A stretch of 64,000 nt of DNA, counting the filler, from Basidiobolus ranarum (lineage: Eukaryota): assembly GCA_040143965.1 (NCBI GenBank). It is 26 parts of 26 records of this genome, joined end to end, with 100 filler letters (N's around TTAATTAATTAA, not from the genome) between each part and the next. Parts side by side here need not be neighbours in the genome. Positions count along the whole stretch, not along the records: positions 24,720 to 27,086 come from JASJQH010003417.1; positions 27,187 to 29,552 come from JASJQH010003418.1; positions 29,653 to 32,017 come from JASJQH010003419.1; positions 32,118 to 34,481 come from JASJQH010003420.1; positions 34,582 to 36,945 come from JASJQH010003421.1; positions 37,046 to 39,409 come from JASJQH010003422.1; 20 more parts are not named here. The stretch is one strand, 5' to 3'. This document shows, one piece after another, positions 25,200 through 38,905 of the stretch. The notes below the pieces were generated by a model that had not been told where the DNA came from, ran no database searches, and saw only the letters and a program-made list of their open reading frames with translations. Position 1 is the stretch's first letter; the number at the start of each line of letters is the position of its first letter. A program made the position numbers and the translations under genes.

Positions 25200-25995
25200 A
25201 CCACAAACATGAGCCTCTTGTTAAGAACTTGTTTGCTTCCATGGTGCATATAACAGTTACCACATCATTATATTGTATCTCTGACTTTAATGGAGTCACA
25301 AAGACCACTCATCCCTCAATGTGCACTGCAAATGTAAGCCTCTTTTTAAGAACATATCTACTTTTGGCAGGCATATAACTGATGCCGCATCAGTATTTTT
25401 CACTTTTGACTTTAAAGGATTTACAAAAACTGCTCATCCCTTGAGGTGCTCAACAAATGTGAGCCACTTTTTAAAACATATTTTCTTTTGGTGTGCATAT
25501 AACTTTTACCACATCAGTATTTTTCTCTTTTAACTTTGTAGGAGTTACAAAGACCACTCATCCCCTGATGCCACTACAAAATAAGCCTCTTTTTAAAAAC
25601 ATATTTACTTTGGGAATGCATATAACTGATACCACATCATGATATTTCACTTTTGACTTTAAAGGAACTACAAAGACTGCTCACCCCTTGATAAGCACTA
25701 CCAATGTGGGTCTCTTTTTAAAATCATACCAACTTTTTGCATGCATATAACATATACCCTGTAATGATATTTTGCTTTGACCTTTATTGGAGTTACATGA
25801 TTACACATCTATCAATGCACACTACAAATGTAAGCAACTTTATAAAAACCTGTTTACTTTTAGCATTTTCATAACAGATACAATAGCTCTATTTTTTATT
25901 TCTAACTATGTAGGAAATAAGAATGTTATATATCATTAAATGTGCACTACAAATGTGAAAACTTTTTCAAAGCTTTATTTTTTGGTTGCACAATA
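25200..25995. repeat. degenerate tandem array, about seven 123-125 bp units
   Basis: CAAATGTRAGCC-like anchors at 25204, 25329, 25454, 25577, 25701, 25825 and 25950. Confidence 0.9.
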
Positions 25996-27307
25996 TCATG
26001 ACCATGTTGTAATCTAGCTGTACATGTGATGTTCTGAAATCTGAAAATATTTGAAGTTACTTAATTTCCAATTCACTAAAATAGAGTGGTGCAAGTAACT
26101 ACTAATGATTAACATGGTGATGATTGACAAGCCACTGCACATTTCAATTACTCCTGAAAAATACAATGGCTATGCTTTATCATAACTGCTGACATGTTAA
26201 TACTTATAAAGTATATTATGGATGAAAGATAAGAGTTAAGATCATGGCTAGGTATGATAGCTAATATGATAAAACATGCATTAGTTCCATCTTAGCTATA
26301 TAACTATGAGCATGTCTTCTCAAAGATGATCTATTTAATGGTTCAAGCAAGATCATACCACAACATTATCAAGATTGCTTCCCACATCTTCCTACTATAT
26401 GAGGCAAAGGTAGTATTTGAAGTGGGGCAAAAGCAAACCAACAGCCCAAAACTCAGTGGTGCCTAGTAAGAGCCAAACCACCTATGCATTGGGCACTGTA
26501 GAATAACTGGCTACAAGTAGGCACCAAAATGCCCAAAAATCTACTTTTCCATGTAGAAATAGAGTGGAGGCAACTAACACAATTTGTCAGCTTTTGCACC
26601 TCAGTACATGCATTCACCAATACCAAGTTATACATATAGCACTCTGGGAACTTGACAAAATGCTAGTATTAATACTAGAAAGTGAACAACTTACACCTAC
26701 TCAAGTCAGTGTGTTAATGGATGGAGTATGTGAGTTTTATTCTTATAATGACTTGCATCAGTCCCTATCAAATTAACAATAGTCATGAAGTAAAAGTACA
26801 AATACACAGATTGTTGACAATCTTTAGGACAAGTTCAGAAATCAGCTTCAAGTTTAAATATAAACATTAGCACTCAGAGTTGCATATCAATATATCCAAT
26901 AGCAGTCAGAAAAAATAGCCATCCATCTGTTATGACCAATAGGCAATCAACTCCTATAATAGCATAGACAATAATTGTTGAAGTTTATTGTCTTTATCAT
27001 ATTTATTATCTCTATCTTTATACACCTAACTATTTCATATATCACATATAAGTTAGTTAACATTACTTAGTCAAATATCACTTAGCNNNNNNNNNNNNNN
27101 NNNNNNNNNNNNNNNNNNNNNNNNNNNNNNTTAATTAATTAANNNNNNNNNNNNNNNNNNNNNNNNNNNNNNNNNNNNNNNNNNNNGCCACACCATCAAA
27201 ATCCCTGGCAGAATGCAAGCCAACAATATTGTGACGGTTCTCTGACGGTTTTGCTATTTTGGAGGGTGGCTCTGATCCGGATCAAATCGATTTTATTTTT
27301 GTTAGGG

Positions 27308-28905
27308 AATATATGGCATGAATTATTTAAAGGCCAGCAAACTGAAAATGGAAAAATTGCAAAATGCCTGTAGTTTTGAATAGCACTGACACTGGGCAAC
27401 TAGCTGTCTTTGTTTACTGTTCCCATTGAGGATATTCTGTTATATTTTAGCAAATTTTCACAAAGAATTCAGCCAAGCTATGCCTGACTTATAGTCAACA
27501 AATGTGCTGACACAAGTGGATGTGTCATTGCTTGAATAGATTGCTCCATGGCTAAAATGATAATACTTCATATCTTGAGGTATCTTACCAAGAAGTCCAT
27601 CTTGAGGCTTATCTAAAAATAGCATCAGATTATCACATAAATGACTTATTGCAAGAAGGTAAATATTGTCTGCAGTCTCCTTAACTTGTCACATTACATC
27701 CATCACTGATTTTGCTGCTACATTGTTAATCAGATTAGCATATTGTATTACTGATATTTCTGCATGAAGCATCATTTCACTGCAGGTGCACTCTATTGGG
27801 AACTCCTAGAATGTACATCAAAGGCCTATAATCTCTAGGCATTATTAAAGATGCAGCAAAGAATGTATTGAATACCAGCTTAGATTCAGTCCATCTTGTT
27901 TAAACCTGAATTAACATTTCTCATATCAAATTACAAAATCTTTGTACATTTGCTGTATCTGGCTGCCATCTGCTAATGTGAGTTGATGCCATAAGAATAT
28001 ATTAACAATGTCCACAAACAACTCCCATTGTTGCCAATGCTTATCAGGCAGAAATCTTTTCAAGTTTCCAATTGAATATATAAAAATCCAATACTTCCAG
28101 TTTATACATTTGAATGAAAACCTAGATGAGTAAACATCAATTGAACTTCTGGTAAAATATGATGGTATCTTAGCCTTTTTAAGCATATTTCAAATTCATT
28201 CAAACTTTGATCCTATCTGACATGGCTCACTCATATTAAATTTTCCACAATATAGCTGAGTAAGTAGTATTTAAATGTTCTTGAGTAGTGAATGTGTAGT
28301 GCCTGATTGGAAACTCTGGCTCCAGCTGAACCCCTTCAATAGTACAATCATATGCTTATGGCTAATCCCAAGTGTGATGTTTGACTGAATGTTTGGTTAA
28401 TTGATATCAGTGAGCTTGTTGCAATGTAGCTGGGCTCTTGATGGTAAAAATCATGGACTTTAGTGTTCTATTTGAGGAGTAGAAATATATATGCCTGGTT
28501 GAGTGAACTCCATTGATTAGACCAAATCAACAGTAAAATAGTACATTAAGCGCACAAAGACCTCCAAGTTTACTGATGGAAGGAGTATCCCCATTATATG
28601 TAAAATTATAGCTTTAAAAAAAATCACCCATCAGAACCCATTAGGAAATCAATCAAATTCCACAATCAAAGGCTCTAAGAAGCAATCTATAAGCACAGGT
28701 GATTTAGGCCCAGATATGATTGATAATTTCAAAACACTTTGACTCTTATACTGTTCTGAAGGTGGAAGATGCAGGTTAATCAAAGTTATTAGATAGCAAG
28801 CCTTTCCAAAGGCTTAATTGTTCAGTGTGAAACCATCCAGAGCCAATGCCAATGCATGATCATATGTGTTCTCAAAGAAGCCTTGACTTTTCAGATTCTG
28901 GTAGA
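27308..28905 (-). mobile_element. CMC/EnSpm transposase, core to C-terminus, decayed
   Basis: LALDGF, NLHLPPSEQYKS, SGPKSP...FLEPL motifs and a decayed GPL..(W)EFP.E motif; C-terminal piece repeated at 41515-41640 (+) and 37046-37500 (+). Confidence 0.85.
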
Positions 28906-29552
28906 TTTAATGTCAGAGCAGCCATCACTTGCTCTAATGATGAATGGTTTAACATTGTGGAAACTGGATGGAATCTGGCCCAAAATTACCTTTTTTTGAG
29001 CCAATTGTGGCATGACTAAAGACCTGGAGTTACTCAGAAGGCTCTTGACCTATTTCATGTGGATTATGCTGGGTTATTGCAACCCAATGGCAAATGGGCT
29101 AGTCTAGGCCTATCAATGAAAAAACCCAAAAATGAATGCAATTATTGACTTGGCTTTCTAAAGAGAAGTTGTTGGGGATAGACTCAGGGAGCAGGAAGTT
29201 AGTAGACCAAAGAGAAAAGCAAAGAAGCCAGCAAGTTTAGACCCCACTGTCCCGCTCAATCAGGGATCTATTCCAGGAGCAGGAAGTTATCAGACCCAAG
29301 GGAAAAATGAGGGAGCCAGTGAGCTTAGGCCCTACCGTCCCTCCTAGGAGTTTCATCACACCATTACAAGGATCTGTTTCTCCAGAGTCAGAGATACCAG
29401 CAGATATGCAGGCATAAAAGCTTTCCTATGAGATTTCTACTCTCATGTGCCCAAGCAATTTTGGGTCATTGTTCAGACTTAATGGTCCAACACATATTCT
29501 GCTCTACTAGATTGTCATGGTGACATTCATATGTATGGTGTGGGATTGCTTG
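28906..29552 (+). mobile_element. CMC element second-ORF fragment
   Basis: NVRAAITCSNDEWFNIVETGWNLAQ matches the ORF at 49689-50050. Confidence 0.65.
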
Positions 29553-29867
29553 NNNNNNNNNNNNNNNNNNNNNNNNNNNNNNNNNNNNNNNNNNNNTTAA
29601 TTAATTAANNNNNNNNNNNNNNNNNNNNNNNNNNNNNNNNNNNNNNNNNNNNAATTCCATATTGGAAATTTCAAACTTGTCCAAAATGCCCCAAAGATAG
29701 CTCATTTTACTCCCACAGATGCTCTGAACACAACCCCAGTGTTAGTTTTCTATATTTCCACCAAAAAGTATAAATGCTTAATTCTGGACAATAAACAATT
29801 ATCTCACTAAGCTATTCACAACTCCACTTTTCTAAAGTTCCTCCAAACAGCCCATAATTTCCCAATA

Positions 29868-30644
29868 TTGTGATCATGTAACATTGCTCTTATCATCTCC
29901 ATTATGATTCAGTAAGCATGTTCTGCAACTCCATTTTGCTGTGGAGCATATGGCACAGCAGTTTGCTGCTTAATTCCATGTTCAGAACAAAAACCAGCAT
30001 AGTCTTTAGAGCAGTATTTTCTACCAGTTTCACTCCCTAGTACCCTTCATTATTGTGCTGAAGCTTTCTCTACCGTTGCTTTGTAGTGCTTGTAGAGTTT
30101 CTGAGTTGTGGACAAAGTGTAGTGCATGCTTTCTTCTGCTTCTTGCAAAAGGCAAGGAGAAATTCTTGTTGTCCTTTGGCTGTACTTCTTTTCTGGTAAC
30201 AAATCACCAAAGTGCTTCCAGGGGTGCAAATCCTTGTCATCAAACTTCTCTGATCATGCAAAAATATTGGTAGCAGTACTTGTAGACATTTCTTTAACAG
30301 CTAGCTCTAGGCTTGTAACTTGACAAAAGTATTTTGACGATTTTCAATTGTTTTGACAGGATTTGGATTTTTGAATCAGGCACTTTAGTTTTGTTGAGTT
30401 GGATATTTCCTGTTAATAGTTTACTACAAAATATAGCCATTGGACACACTTTGATCATAAAAAACATGCCTGAAAAGCATAGGTAAAAAGTGGAGGTGAT
30501 TTGGAGAAGGTTTTGGAAAGTAGTGAAAATTGGTAAAAGTTATGTGATTGCTATTTCTATCAATTTGAGCAATAGCACATGTTTTAAAGTAGCAGAATTG
30601 AATGCGAAGTAGTCAGAATATGAATAAGCTGACTACTAAATAAT
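29868..30644 (-). mobile_element. copia family E LTR (30321-30644), decayed PBS and gag
   Basis: Reverse-complement homolog of 53141-54178. Confidence 0.8.
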
Positions 30645-31740
30645 AGACTTGTTCCATTTTATTGAGCCAGATCAGGCCAGCTAAAAAGTATGCCAGCACA
30701 AATTGGCATGATTGGGCACTATCTGGCATGATGTTATTTACCTTTCAGAAACAGTAGTTTTACCTGTGTGGTATATTTAGAAAAGAAATTTGAGATATTA
30801 TTGCACATTCAAAAGATGATGAAAGCTTAATTCATAGTGTCTTAAGTCTAGAGCTCTCAATGGATATCTTTGAGAGTGAATGTATTCAGAATTAATCAAG
30901 ATTTTGACTACTTTGCCTAACTTTGATTGAGGCCCACAAAATAATTTTCCTCTATATTTTCCTGCTACAATTTATATCTCTTTAGGAAACCAAAATTATG
31001 CTCTACTCTTGCCCTAAAATGGGAAAAAATTCCATTATAAATCTTTTGCCTCTCTGTGAGTATCCCTCCTCTGGGCCTCTTGTTAGCTGTAGCACATCCT
31101 AGCCTTCTGCATTCTTCCGCAACATATGCCAGATAAGCCATAGTCTTGGTGCATGTCTCTCAACCCACAGCCTTTTGTCATGTTGTCTCCCTGGATGTGC
31201 CCCACTTAACCAAATGATGTTTCCTTCCAAATCTGTCAAAGCCTGGAACTTTGCATAGTGGGCTTTGTACTTCCCAGAATAGAATAGCTTTTGGTTGCTT
31301 TTGGGCCTGTTAAATCTCACAGGAAATGTGTCAAAAATACTTCAGATATGAACTCTATTAGGAAACACTCAATGAGATGGAAGGAAATTAGAGTCTCCAA
31401 ATCTTTTGTCCCAGGCACGTTTAACATCATTCATCACAGAAGCTAGATAATTCTCACTTAATTGAAGCCTAGTATGGAAGCATCTCCTACTTTTGCTACC
31501 ATTGATAGTGCACTGAATTCTGATTGGACAATAGTTTGGTAGTAGCAAAACAAATTGACTAGCTTCTTTCTGGTAGGTATTGAGTATATGAGCCGCAGTA
31601 TTTCTCAAATATAGCTTCTAGGGTGGTGATAGGAAAGCCAGTAGTTGCTTTTGGATTAATGAGGAATGACCATTTAGAGTAGATGGAGAGCATGATATTA
31701 ATCTTGTATTGGGCTGGCACGATACTGATTGATCTGGCGC
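30645..31740 (-). mobile_element. PIF/Harbinger-group (DDE_Tnp_4-like) transposase remnant with TIR at 30645
   Basis: FDTFPVRFNRP, FYSGKYKAH..KFQ, G.HPGRQHDKR and RARVEHNFGFLK motifs; terminus AGACTTGTTCCATT; a second fragment at 58979-59096 (+). Confidence 0.85.
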
Positions 31741-32245
31741 ATGCGAGTTATTTATCTAAGAATTTCAATTATCATGGTAAAATTCCCTACATTCTGTATA
31801 ATAAAATTTCTGTTTGCATTTATTATCCTAATTATTTCAATTATGTGTAATTGCATGGAAATTATATAATAAACTGCATCAGCAAAGTTAATCATAGTTC
31901 AATCCAAATCAATTTATTTAGCACATATATCAAAACAGCTCAAAGCGGAATGCATTATGCTTGATCACACTATAGGAAATTAACTTTGACATTTTAACCA
32001 ATAATATAAAAAGATCCNNNNNNNNNNNNNNNNNNNNNNNNNNNNNNNNNNNNNNNNNNNNTTAATTAATTAANNNNNNNNNNNNNNNNNNNNNNNNNNN
32101 NNNNNNNNNNNNNNNNNGGTGCTTATGTTTCCATGTTCAAACGAAGATTCCTCGGTTGAGGATATGGGAATTTGTGTATCGTTTTTGGCTGGTGTGTAGG
32201 CATGGTTTACCCTGTTTTGTCTAGAACAGTTAAGGATTGGCAGTT

Positions 32246-32599
32246 CTAATTGCGAGCCACCTTTGGGGTCAATGTGAATTTTAGAGTATCGAATTGTAAG
32301 CCATTGGCATCTCCAACGAACCCTATGGTAATCGCATCATCAAACAAAACCTCCTTTAGTTTAATACGTACACGCTCCAAGTCATCTGAATAATTTAAAT
32401 CGCTTGATGCTTGGTACTTTTTTGTAGAGGTGGAGGTAGGGTTTAATGTAGAGCTCTCGCCGCCGAGAAACACGATGTCTGTCAGGTCCAGTAGTTGTTT
32501 CCGTAACAATGGGTTCATGGATGACTTTTTCTTCTGAAAGCTTGTTGTCAGGTGTTTAAACAAGGCGATATAACAGCCTCCTTCTGGGAAAGGAAACAT
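32246..32599 (-). CDS. hypothetical protein or gene fragment
   Basis: 117-aa ORF in a CpG-retaining, non-repeat contig with a TATAA-like box upstream; no family recognised. Confidence 0.3.
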   Translation of the reverse strand: MFPFPEGGCYIALFKHLTTSFQKKKSSMNPLLRKQLLDLTDIVFLGGESSTLNPTSTSTKKYQASSDLNYSDDLERVRIKLKEVLFDDAITIGFVGDANGLQFDTLKFTLTPKVARN

Positions 32600-34581
32600 A
32601 TAAAATTTGAATGAATGAGGGAGAAATGATAGAAGTGGAATAAACTCTTGAACTTGGTAGTAGATCTAATGCTTTTAGTCCTTGTTGGCCTACTTATATA
32701 TCTGAAATGCAGTTCCTTCAAAACTCCAATAGAATCTCCTTTTTAGACAAGATTAGCGATACTCAGTTTGCTAGTCTTGTAGCACCGAGTATTCAGATCT
32801 GCACATATCTAATTATTTATATCTCTAATTTGTCTAGATTAGGAATGATCTGTACCTTAATGAAGCTGTGGTTTTTCAATTTGTGGTGGAGGTTCAAATA
32901 TGATGGTCATACAAAAGATAACCATAACATACAAAACTCTTGTCCTTAGGTTATGTCTCAACTGAACCCCCTACAAAGAGGTTATCCGAGTAATCCTCGT
33001 TCACCGTGGTCCAATATGTATGGATGCTGCAACTATACCCTTTGGCATGTTAGTATGGTGTCTACTCCGGCTCCTTGGGATCCAGTGCATCAACGATAGC
33101 TAGAGAATCACGAAATCTATTGACCATATACTCTCCTAATAGATTTTTAAGGAATTGAGGAGGCGTGCTCCAGATAGTTACTCTTAAACCATGTCCTAAA
33201 TTTGTGTATCTTGATTTTCTTAGTAAGACACATGTAGGGAGTAGTGAATCCCTATCTATAGCTACCACTGTACCTGTCCGAATATCTGTAATCATCAAGA
33301 TTGGATATTTCTGTGTTAGATCTGATTGTTGTACTGTTGACTGCTGTCCTTCATGCTCCTCTTAGCATCGTATTGTATAGCATATACAGACTGGTCTTGC
33401 TCTAATATATCAACCTCCTTTGATGGTTCTAAGGTACCTTTACCGTGTTGAATAGCATTACCATTCTCTCGGAGCATAGTCTCTACTACCTCTACTTCCA
33501 TAAAAACCTTTCACATTATTGGACAAAAAACGGCACAGAAGAATCTCGGACAGTTCAAATACTGAGCGATAAGTCTCACTAAAGTATACTACTAAGAAAA
33601 CAGCTTAATGCCCTATTTGTGATCCTTATGGTAAATCATTCACATATCGGGATGCAAAGAGACAAACAGCTTCACGTATATGAGCTTAAAACAATTTATT
33701 CACCTCCGTCCCTGGATCAAAGAATCGCCAACGATGATGTATGTTTGATCTCCTGTTTATGGGTTGGAGGAGAACGTTTAAAAACCCTACTTATCCAACT
33801 ATCCTGGGGACTCCAGCATAAACAACCTTAAAAAGCATTGTGGGTACTGGAGAACTGCACAGGATACAGTTAACAGTGGGAGAAAGAGGGGTAGCATCAA
33901 GCTTACACAACAATCATGCGGCACTGCTGGTTAAGGCAATGTTCTATGCTCCATCATTTCAATGTCGGAATGGATTAAAATATACACTGTGCCCCAGCTT
34001 ATGCAGCAACTGTCAACTGTTCTCATACACGCAAATTTCAGATTACAAATAGACTAGCTACAAATGCATGGGTGAGATCGGGCTGCAGAATGAGTAAAGC
34101 AAAAATAAACAACGCGTAGTTTGAAACGCAATATTTACAAAATGCCGGTCTCATAGAATACCTCATTAGTTGTGAGGGCCGTGTTGACTAGCCTTAAAAG
34201 GCTGTATTTTGCATCACGCAACTTTGGTGTTATTGACACAGTGCCTAGCGATGAACTACTGGTGCGATCTACTTCAACAATTAAATTGATTTTATAGGAA
34301 ATGCAAGATACAAAGAAATCATTTGATGGATTGAATTTGGATGGAGACAAAGTCATGAGTAGCTATATTCAAACGATGCTGGAGAGACACGAGTTAATAT
34401 TGAAATGAATTTGCCCGTTTACCATTCCAGCGCTCCAGAAATTGTGGATCTGGATACACTGGTGGGCCATTTGAGTCGGATNNNNNNNNNNNNNNNNNNN
34501 NNNNNNNNNNNNNNNNNNNNNNNNNTTAATTAATTAANNNNNNNNNNNNNNNNNNNNNNNNNNNNNNNNNNNNNNNNNNNN

Positions 34582-36945
34582 TCAAAGGATGATTTAGGAC
34601 CCAGAAAATCATCCAGAAGGAGAAATAAGCCAGGAAACTGGTGTGACACTTCCAATGTTGTTGTATAGGCTTATTCAGCATTCTGTGACAAGCCATAGAC
34701 TCTAGATCAAGCTCTGGAGTGTCCAGAATCAAACATATGGGAAAAAGCAATGTCATTAAATAAAAGATTGTAGAAAAAGGGTTGAACAAGCAAATCGAGA
34801 AAGCACTGATTATGATCATCTATTCATGTCTACCCTATCAGTAAGCACTAAAGAAGACTCACAAACATAGCACATTGATTCCAGAGCTTCCCAGCATATT
34901 TCAAACAGCAAATATTGGTTTTCCAGCTTTAAATCAATGCAAACAAGCAAAGTCTGCTTAGGTGATGACTATGCACTAGATGCAGTTAGTAAGAGCACAG
35001 CTGTACTCAATTTAGACTAAAATTCAGCTATATCATCTGCAGAATTATATGATGTACTCTATGTACCAAATATAGCCTAAAATCTACTCTCAGTAAGCTA
35101 AGCAACAACTCCTGGATTAAGATTTGTGCTCAGTAAGGCTGGATGCACTATCACAGATCAGAATAATATCAAATTAGCTGCTGGGTTCAAAACTCAAGCC
35201 TTATACAAGATAGGAATCAACAAATTGCATTCGGAGCATGCAAATTTGGCCAAAAACTAGTGAAATAAGTTGTAACCTGTGGCATAGAAGATTAGGCCAC
35301 CTTGGGAAGAAAAACTGACCCAAAGAATCCAAAATCAGGTTGTATCAGGCTTAAAAATTGGAAATACCACTGAATTGGGTCTGTGTGAAGGTTGCATATA
35401 TGGAAAAAATCACAGACAGCTGTTTTGAAGCTCTGGAGAGATTAAATCCACTCAGAATTTGGCCCTGATTCATTCTAATCTATGTGGGCCCATCAAAAAC
35501 ATCTCACTAGGTGGGAAAGGTAATTTATGACCTTTATTGACTACAAAACAAGATACACTTGGGTGTTCCGTTTCAAATCAAAATCTGAAGCCTTAGCTAT
35601 GTTCAAGCAATACAAAGCAATGGTAGAGAAAGAAACAGCACAAAAAATAAGGGTATTAAGGAGTGATAATGGTGGACAATACTGCTCTAAAGACTTGGCT
35701 AGTATTGCTCTAAACATAAAATTAAGCAACAAACTACTGTTCCTTATACTCTAGAGCAAAATAGGGTTGCAGAATGTGCTAATAGGACCAGCGTGGAGAT
35801 GGGAAGATCAATGTTACTTGATCAAATGTTAGATTACCAATACTGGGCTGAATCTGTCTCCACTGCCATCAATATCAAAAATAGATGCCCAACAGGATTG
35901 CTACAAAATTCCACTCCATTTTAAGCCCTATATGGATCAAAACCAAGTGTAGATCATCTCAGGATCTTTGGTTGCACAGCATATTGCCTCATTCCAGCTT
36001 AAAAATGCTCTGAAATGGAATCCAAAAGCAGAAAATGCATATTTCTTGGTTACTGTGATGAATCCAAGGTCTACAGACTGTTTGATACTAAAATTGAGAA
36101 GTTAATCAAGTGCAGAGATGTGATTTATGATTAAAATACAATTTTTCACCTCAAATAGCAGTTCTACATCCAGAAAACACAATCACCACTTTTCAAGAAG
36201 GGTGTGACAAAATTCCAGCTGTATCTGAGCCCTATTCTACCAAAATTCAAGTCTTGATTACATCAAAGGATGATTCAAGACCCAGATGATCATCCAGAAG
36301 GAGAAACAAGCCAGTAAACTGGTGGAACACTTTCAATGTTGATGCATATAATTATGCCGCATTCTGTGACAAGCCAAAGACTCTAGGTCAAGCTCTGGAG
36401 TGTCCATAATCCAAAATTATGGAAGAAAGCAATGTCAGATGAGTTTTCTTCACTTCAGGACAATAGAACATGGGTTTTAAGTTCTTTTACATCAGGGAAA
36501 AAGCCAATAGGTTGCAAATGGGTCTGCAAAGTCAAGACCAAGCTGATGGAACTGTAGAAAGGTATAGAACAAGAATAGTTGCAAAAGGATATTCCCAGAC
36601 TCCATGAGTTGACTTTGATGAAACTTTTGCTCCAGTAGCCAACTTTTACTCCATTATATAAATCCTGCAATCTCAGCCCTCTATAACCATGATCTACATC
36701 AAATGGATGTAAAAACAGCCTCTCTGAATGGAAATCTAGAACAAGAGATCTATATGCAGCAACCTTATGGATTTGTTGACCCAAAACATCCTGATATGGT
36801 CTGTAAATTGCAAAAATCACTATCAGGACTCAGGCAAGCATCCAGGGCTTGGTACACCAAGAAAGATACCTATTTCAATATCATGGTGGGTAGCTTAGTG
36901 TATACAATGGTTATAACACATCCAGATATTGCTGTGGCAGTGGGA
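34582..36945 (+). mobile_element. decayed Ty1/copia pol (protease, GAG-pre-integrase, integrase, RT)
   Basis: IDSRASQH, WHRRLGHL, LRSDNGGQY, IGCKWV, MDVKTASLNG and LSGLRQASRAWY motifs; internal deletion in RT. Confidence 0.93.
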
Positions 36946-37045
36946 NNNNNNNNNNNNNNNNNNNNNNNNNNNNNNNNNNNNNNNNNNNNTTAATTAATTA
37001 ANNNNNNNNNNNNNNNNNNNNNNNNNNNNNNNNNNNNNNNNNNNN

Positions 37046-37858
37046 TCAATGTGCTCACAGGTTTTTGTATTGTTTGAGCACAATAACAGCAACAAAGCCC
37101 AATCCATAGACATTGAGTAAGTACCTCAATAATTGGACTAATTAGCTTGTGTGATAATATGATGGTATTTTTAGGAAAGCTGAAACACAGACTTCTTGGT
37201 GGGATAGATCAAGATACACAGTATTATCGTTTTAGCCTAAGCTATGACAGATCTACTTGTGGCAGGACATTTGTTAACAGCAAGTTGGGGATACATTGGC
37301 TGAATTATTTACAGAAATTAGCCAAAATCCAAGAGCTTATTCTCATTGTGAATGGTAACAAGAGTCAGCTATTTGTCAAGTGTCAGTGCTATTCAAAATT
37401 TCAGATACTTAGTAATTTTTCCACTGTTAGTTTGCTGGTGAAGCATATTGATGTTGCTGAGTCATGTCTAATCAGTCAAATAATTGCATATGTAGAGACT
37501 TAACACAACAACATTCTTGTAATTTTTGATTCTCATTATGGCTGGAATACAAAGCCTAAGATATCTAAATAAAGGCATGGATATTAATTCAAATTCCTAC
37601 AGCAGAAAACCTGGTAATCTGCCATTTGAAAATAACATTTTTGCAAAAATTGCCAGATATAGAATGATGCACGCCAAATTTGAGGATTAATATTTTAACA
37701 TGTATGAATACCATTAAGATACCATCAAGAAACCACCATCACACCATTAAAATCCCTGGCAAAATGCAAGCCACCAACATTGTGATGGTTCTCTGAAGGT
37801 TTTGCTATTTTGGAGGGTGGATCAAATCCTGATCAAATCGATTTTATTTTTGTTAGTG
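37046..37858 (+). mobile_element. CMC transposase 3' region running into the left terminus
   Basis: Matches the reverse complement of 27309-27420 and continues to the ...TTTTTGTTAGTG end. Confidence 0.7.
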
Positions 37859-38029
37859 TTAATTGTAGTGAAATCACTTGTATCAATAGGCTATCATTGA
37901 TTTTCTTGATATATGACAATTTCCCACTACTAGTATTTCATAAAGACATAAGGAATTTTGATCTAACTAAAGCAATTTCTGCTATATGCAATGGCAATCC
38001 ATACCTATTTTGCATAATGCGCTAAATAG

Positions 38030-38905
38030 TAAAGGTAGGAGAATGTAAGTATTAACAAGAGCATTCAGCAGTTGCCCAGGTTTGAAGTGGTATATGCTGA
38101 TTTGCTTTTGTTATTTTTGTTGTCACCATAATATTTCCATGTAGGGAACTCTGCTTGAACCTCTGCACTGTGTTGATTGGTTTGATCCATCTGAAGTGCC
38201 TCTACCTTGGCCAGCATGAGTTGTGGCTTGAGGTTGATGTGCTATGGCCTGCATTGGCTTGTTTGGTCTAGTTTGCAGTTTGTTTATATCTGCAGTCTCT
38301 CCTTCAGATGTGGAGCCTTGACTTAATGGGTCAACCAGGCATTGTTGCTAGTATGCAGTTCTATATGTTTACTTGGAATGTCTAACTTGAGGTTATGCTT
38401 GTCAGTCCTTACCACTTCAACCACAGTAGAAGCTTCATCTCTTCTGACTGGCCATGGCCATGGTTGCATGGCAGTATGTATTGAAGCAATTTGTCTACCT
38501 TGAGGTTTGTGCTTAGCAGTTCTTGCCTCTTTAACCATGTTAGAAGCTTCATCTCATTTGACTGGCCAAAGCTATGGTCACATGGCAGTACATGCTGGAG
38601 CAAGTTGTCTACCTTGTGGTTTGTGTTTGGTGGTTATTGCCTTTTTAACCACCGCAGAAGCTTCATCTCCTTTTACTGACAATTGCCGTGGTTGCCTTCC
38701 AGAACATGTTGGAGCAAGTTGTCTACCTTGAGGTTTGTGTTTGGCAGTTCTTGCCTCTTCAACCTCAGTAAAAGCTTTGTCTCATTCAACTGGCCATCAT
38801 GACCTCTGTTGCATGGAAGAATGTTTTGGAACATCTTGTCTACCTTGAGGTATGTGCTTGACTGTTGTGGCTTCTTCAAGCAGAGTAAGAGCTTCACTAT
38901 ATATC
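38030..38905 (-). repeat. second copy of the 114-bp-repeat element
   Basis: AGCTT anchors at 38431, 38545, 38659, 38773 and 38890; flanking sequence homologous to 21000-21290. Confidence 0.88.

Noticed and set aside
25200..25995. Repeated exon-intron gene (GTRAGC donors, CTGAT branch sites, AG acceptors in the units)
   Set aside because: The implied exon is 41 nt, so the frame is not preserved, and several units lack the splice sites.
20419..25995. CRISPR-like repeat-spacer arrays
   Set aside because: Whole units are homologous with no unique spacers, no cas genes are present, and the context is eukaryotic.
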